The notes beneath the pieces are model-generated. The model had not been told where the DNA came from. It saw only the letters and a list, made by a program, of their open reading frames with translations, and searched no databases. The translations under genes and the position numbers were made by a program. Positions 31,457 to 32,000 of a stretch of 32,000 bases of DNA are shown here, piece after piece. The stretch lies in sequence record CM022725.1; one strand, written 5' to 3'. Position 1 is the stretch's first letter; each line of letters starts with the position of its first letter.

Positions 31457-32000
31457 ATGTTAAAGTCAATGCTTGAAGCTGGTGTACACTTTGGACACCA
31501 ATCTCGCCGTTGGAACCCAAAAATGGCACCTTACATCTATGAAGAAAAAAATGGAATTCATATTTTAGATGTAGTACAAACAATCGGTGAGCTTGAAAAA
31601 GCTCGTGCTGCTTTTAAATCAGCAAAAAATGTAATTTTTGTTGGAACACGTCCACAAATTGCACCGTTAATTGAAGAAGTAGCTAAAAAATCAGGTTCGC
31701 ACTACGTAAATACACGTTGGGTAGGTGGTCTTTTAACAAACTGGTCAACAATGTCAATGTGTCTTGAACAATTAGCACGTTTAGATGTACGTTTAGCTGA
31801 AGCTGTACCAACTAAAGGGTTTACGAAAAAAGATATTCTTACATTATCAAAAGAACGTGAACGTCTTGAAAAGTTTTTTGGTGGACTTCGTTCATTAAAA
31901 GGTTTACCAGATTTAGTAGTTATTGTTGGTCAACCCCACGAACGTAATGCGGTATTAGAGTGTCAAAAATTAAACATTCCAACAATCACATTACTTGATT
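31457..32000 (+). CDS. rps2: Ribosomal protein S2 (5' part; runs off the window end)
   Basis: Hand translation from the ATG at 31457 gives MLKSMLEAGVHFGHQSRRWNPKMAPYIYEEKNGIHILDVVQT...NTRWVGGLLTNW..., the canonical S2. The frame stays open to position 32000. Confidence 0.9.
   Translation, partial: MLKSMLEAGVHFGHQSRRWNPKMAPYIYEEKNGIHILDVVQTIGELEKARAAFKSAKNVIFVGTRPQIAPLIEEVAKKSGSHYVNTRWVGGLLTNWSTMSMCLEQLARLDVRLAEAVPTKGFTKKDILTLSKERERLEKFFGGLRSLKGLPDLVVIVGQPHERNAVLECQKLNIPTITLLD

Overview
This window is a gene-dense, intron-free stretch of a plastid genome, not a bacterial accessory region. The gene set indicates a green alga, probably of chlorophyte or prasinophyte grade. The evidence for that placement is: tufA is still plastid-encoded, trnK(UUU) lacks the matK intron, rps12 is unsplit, ycf1-like and ycf2/ftsH-like ORFs are present, and no phycobilisome or red-lineage genes occur.

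I can support 29 protein genes:
- Photosystem and electron transport: psbC, psbD, psbT, psbB, psaC, petB, psbJ, psbL, psbF, psbE, psbH, psbN.
- ATP synthase and protease: atpE, atpB, clpP.
- Translation: rpl36, rpl32, rps4, rps18, rps12, rps7, tufA, rps2 (partial, runs off the window end).
- Transcription: rpoB, rpoC1, rpoC2.
- Conserved ycf genes: ycf1-like, ycf2/ftsH-like, ycf3.

Five of these are too small for the supplied ORF track, and I found them by hand translation: psbT, psbJ, psbL, psbF and psbN. I also found 11 tRNA genes by hand folding.

The most noteworthy results are two structured RNA genes hidden in apparently empty spacers:
- A bacterial type-A RNase P RNA (rnpB) on the minus strand between trnG and trnfM.
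- A 4.5S-type SRP RNA (ffs) on the plus strand downstream of tufA.
Both are recognised from conserved core motifs with compensatory base changes.

Other points of interest:
- A 1280-aa AAA+ protein has a Ycf2-type GxxGxGRS Walker A motif and no HExxH protease motif.
- A short (543 aa) Ycf1/Tic214-like protein is present.
- rpoC1 and rpoC2 are expanded, and the two genes overlap by 20 nt.
- Long, perfect inverted repeats follow the 3' ends of most transcription units.

I found no CRISPR array, mobile element, defence locus, intron or rRNA, and no convincing evidence of an undescribed multi-gene system. Gene order shows familiar conserved blocks (psbD-psbC, psbB-psbT, atpB-atpE, psbEFLJ, rps12-rps7-tufA, rpoB-rpoC1-rpoC2-rps2) that are rearranged relative to one another.
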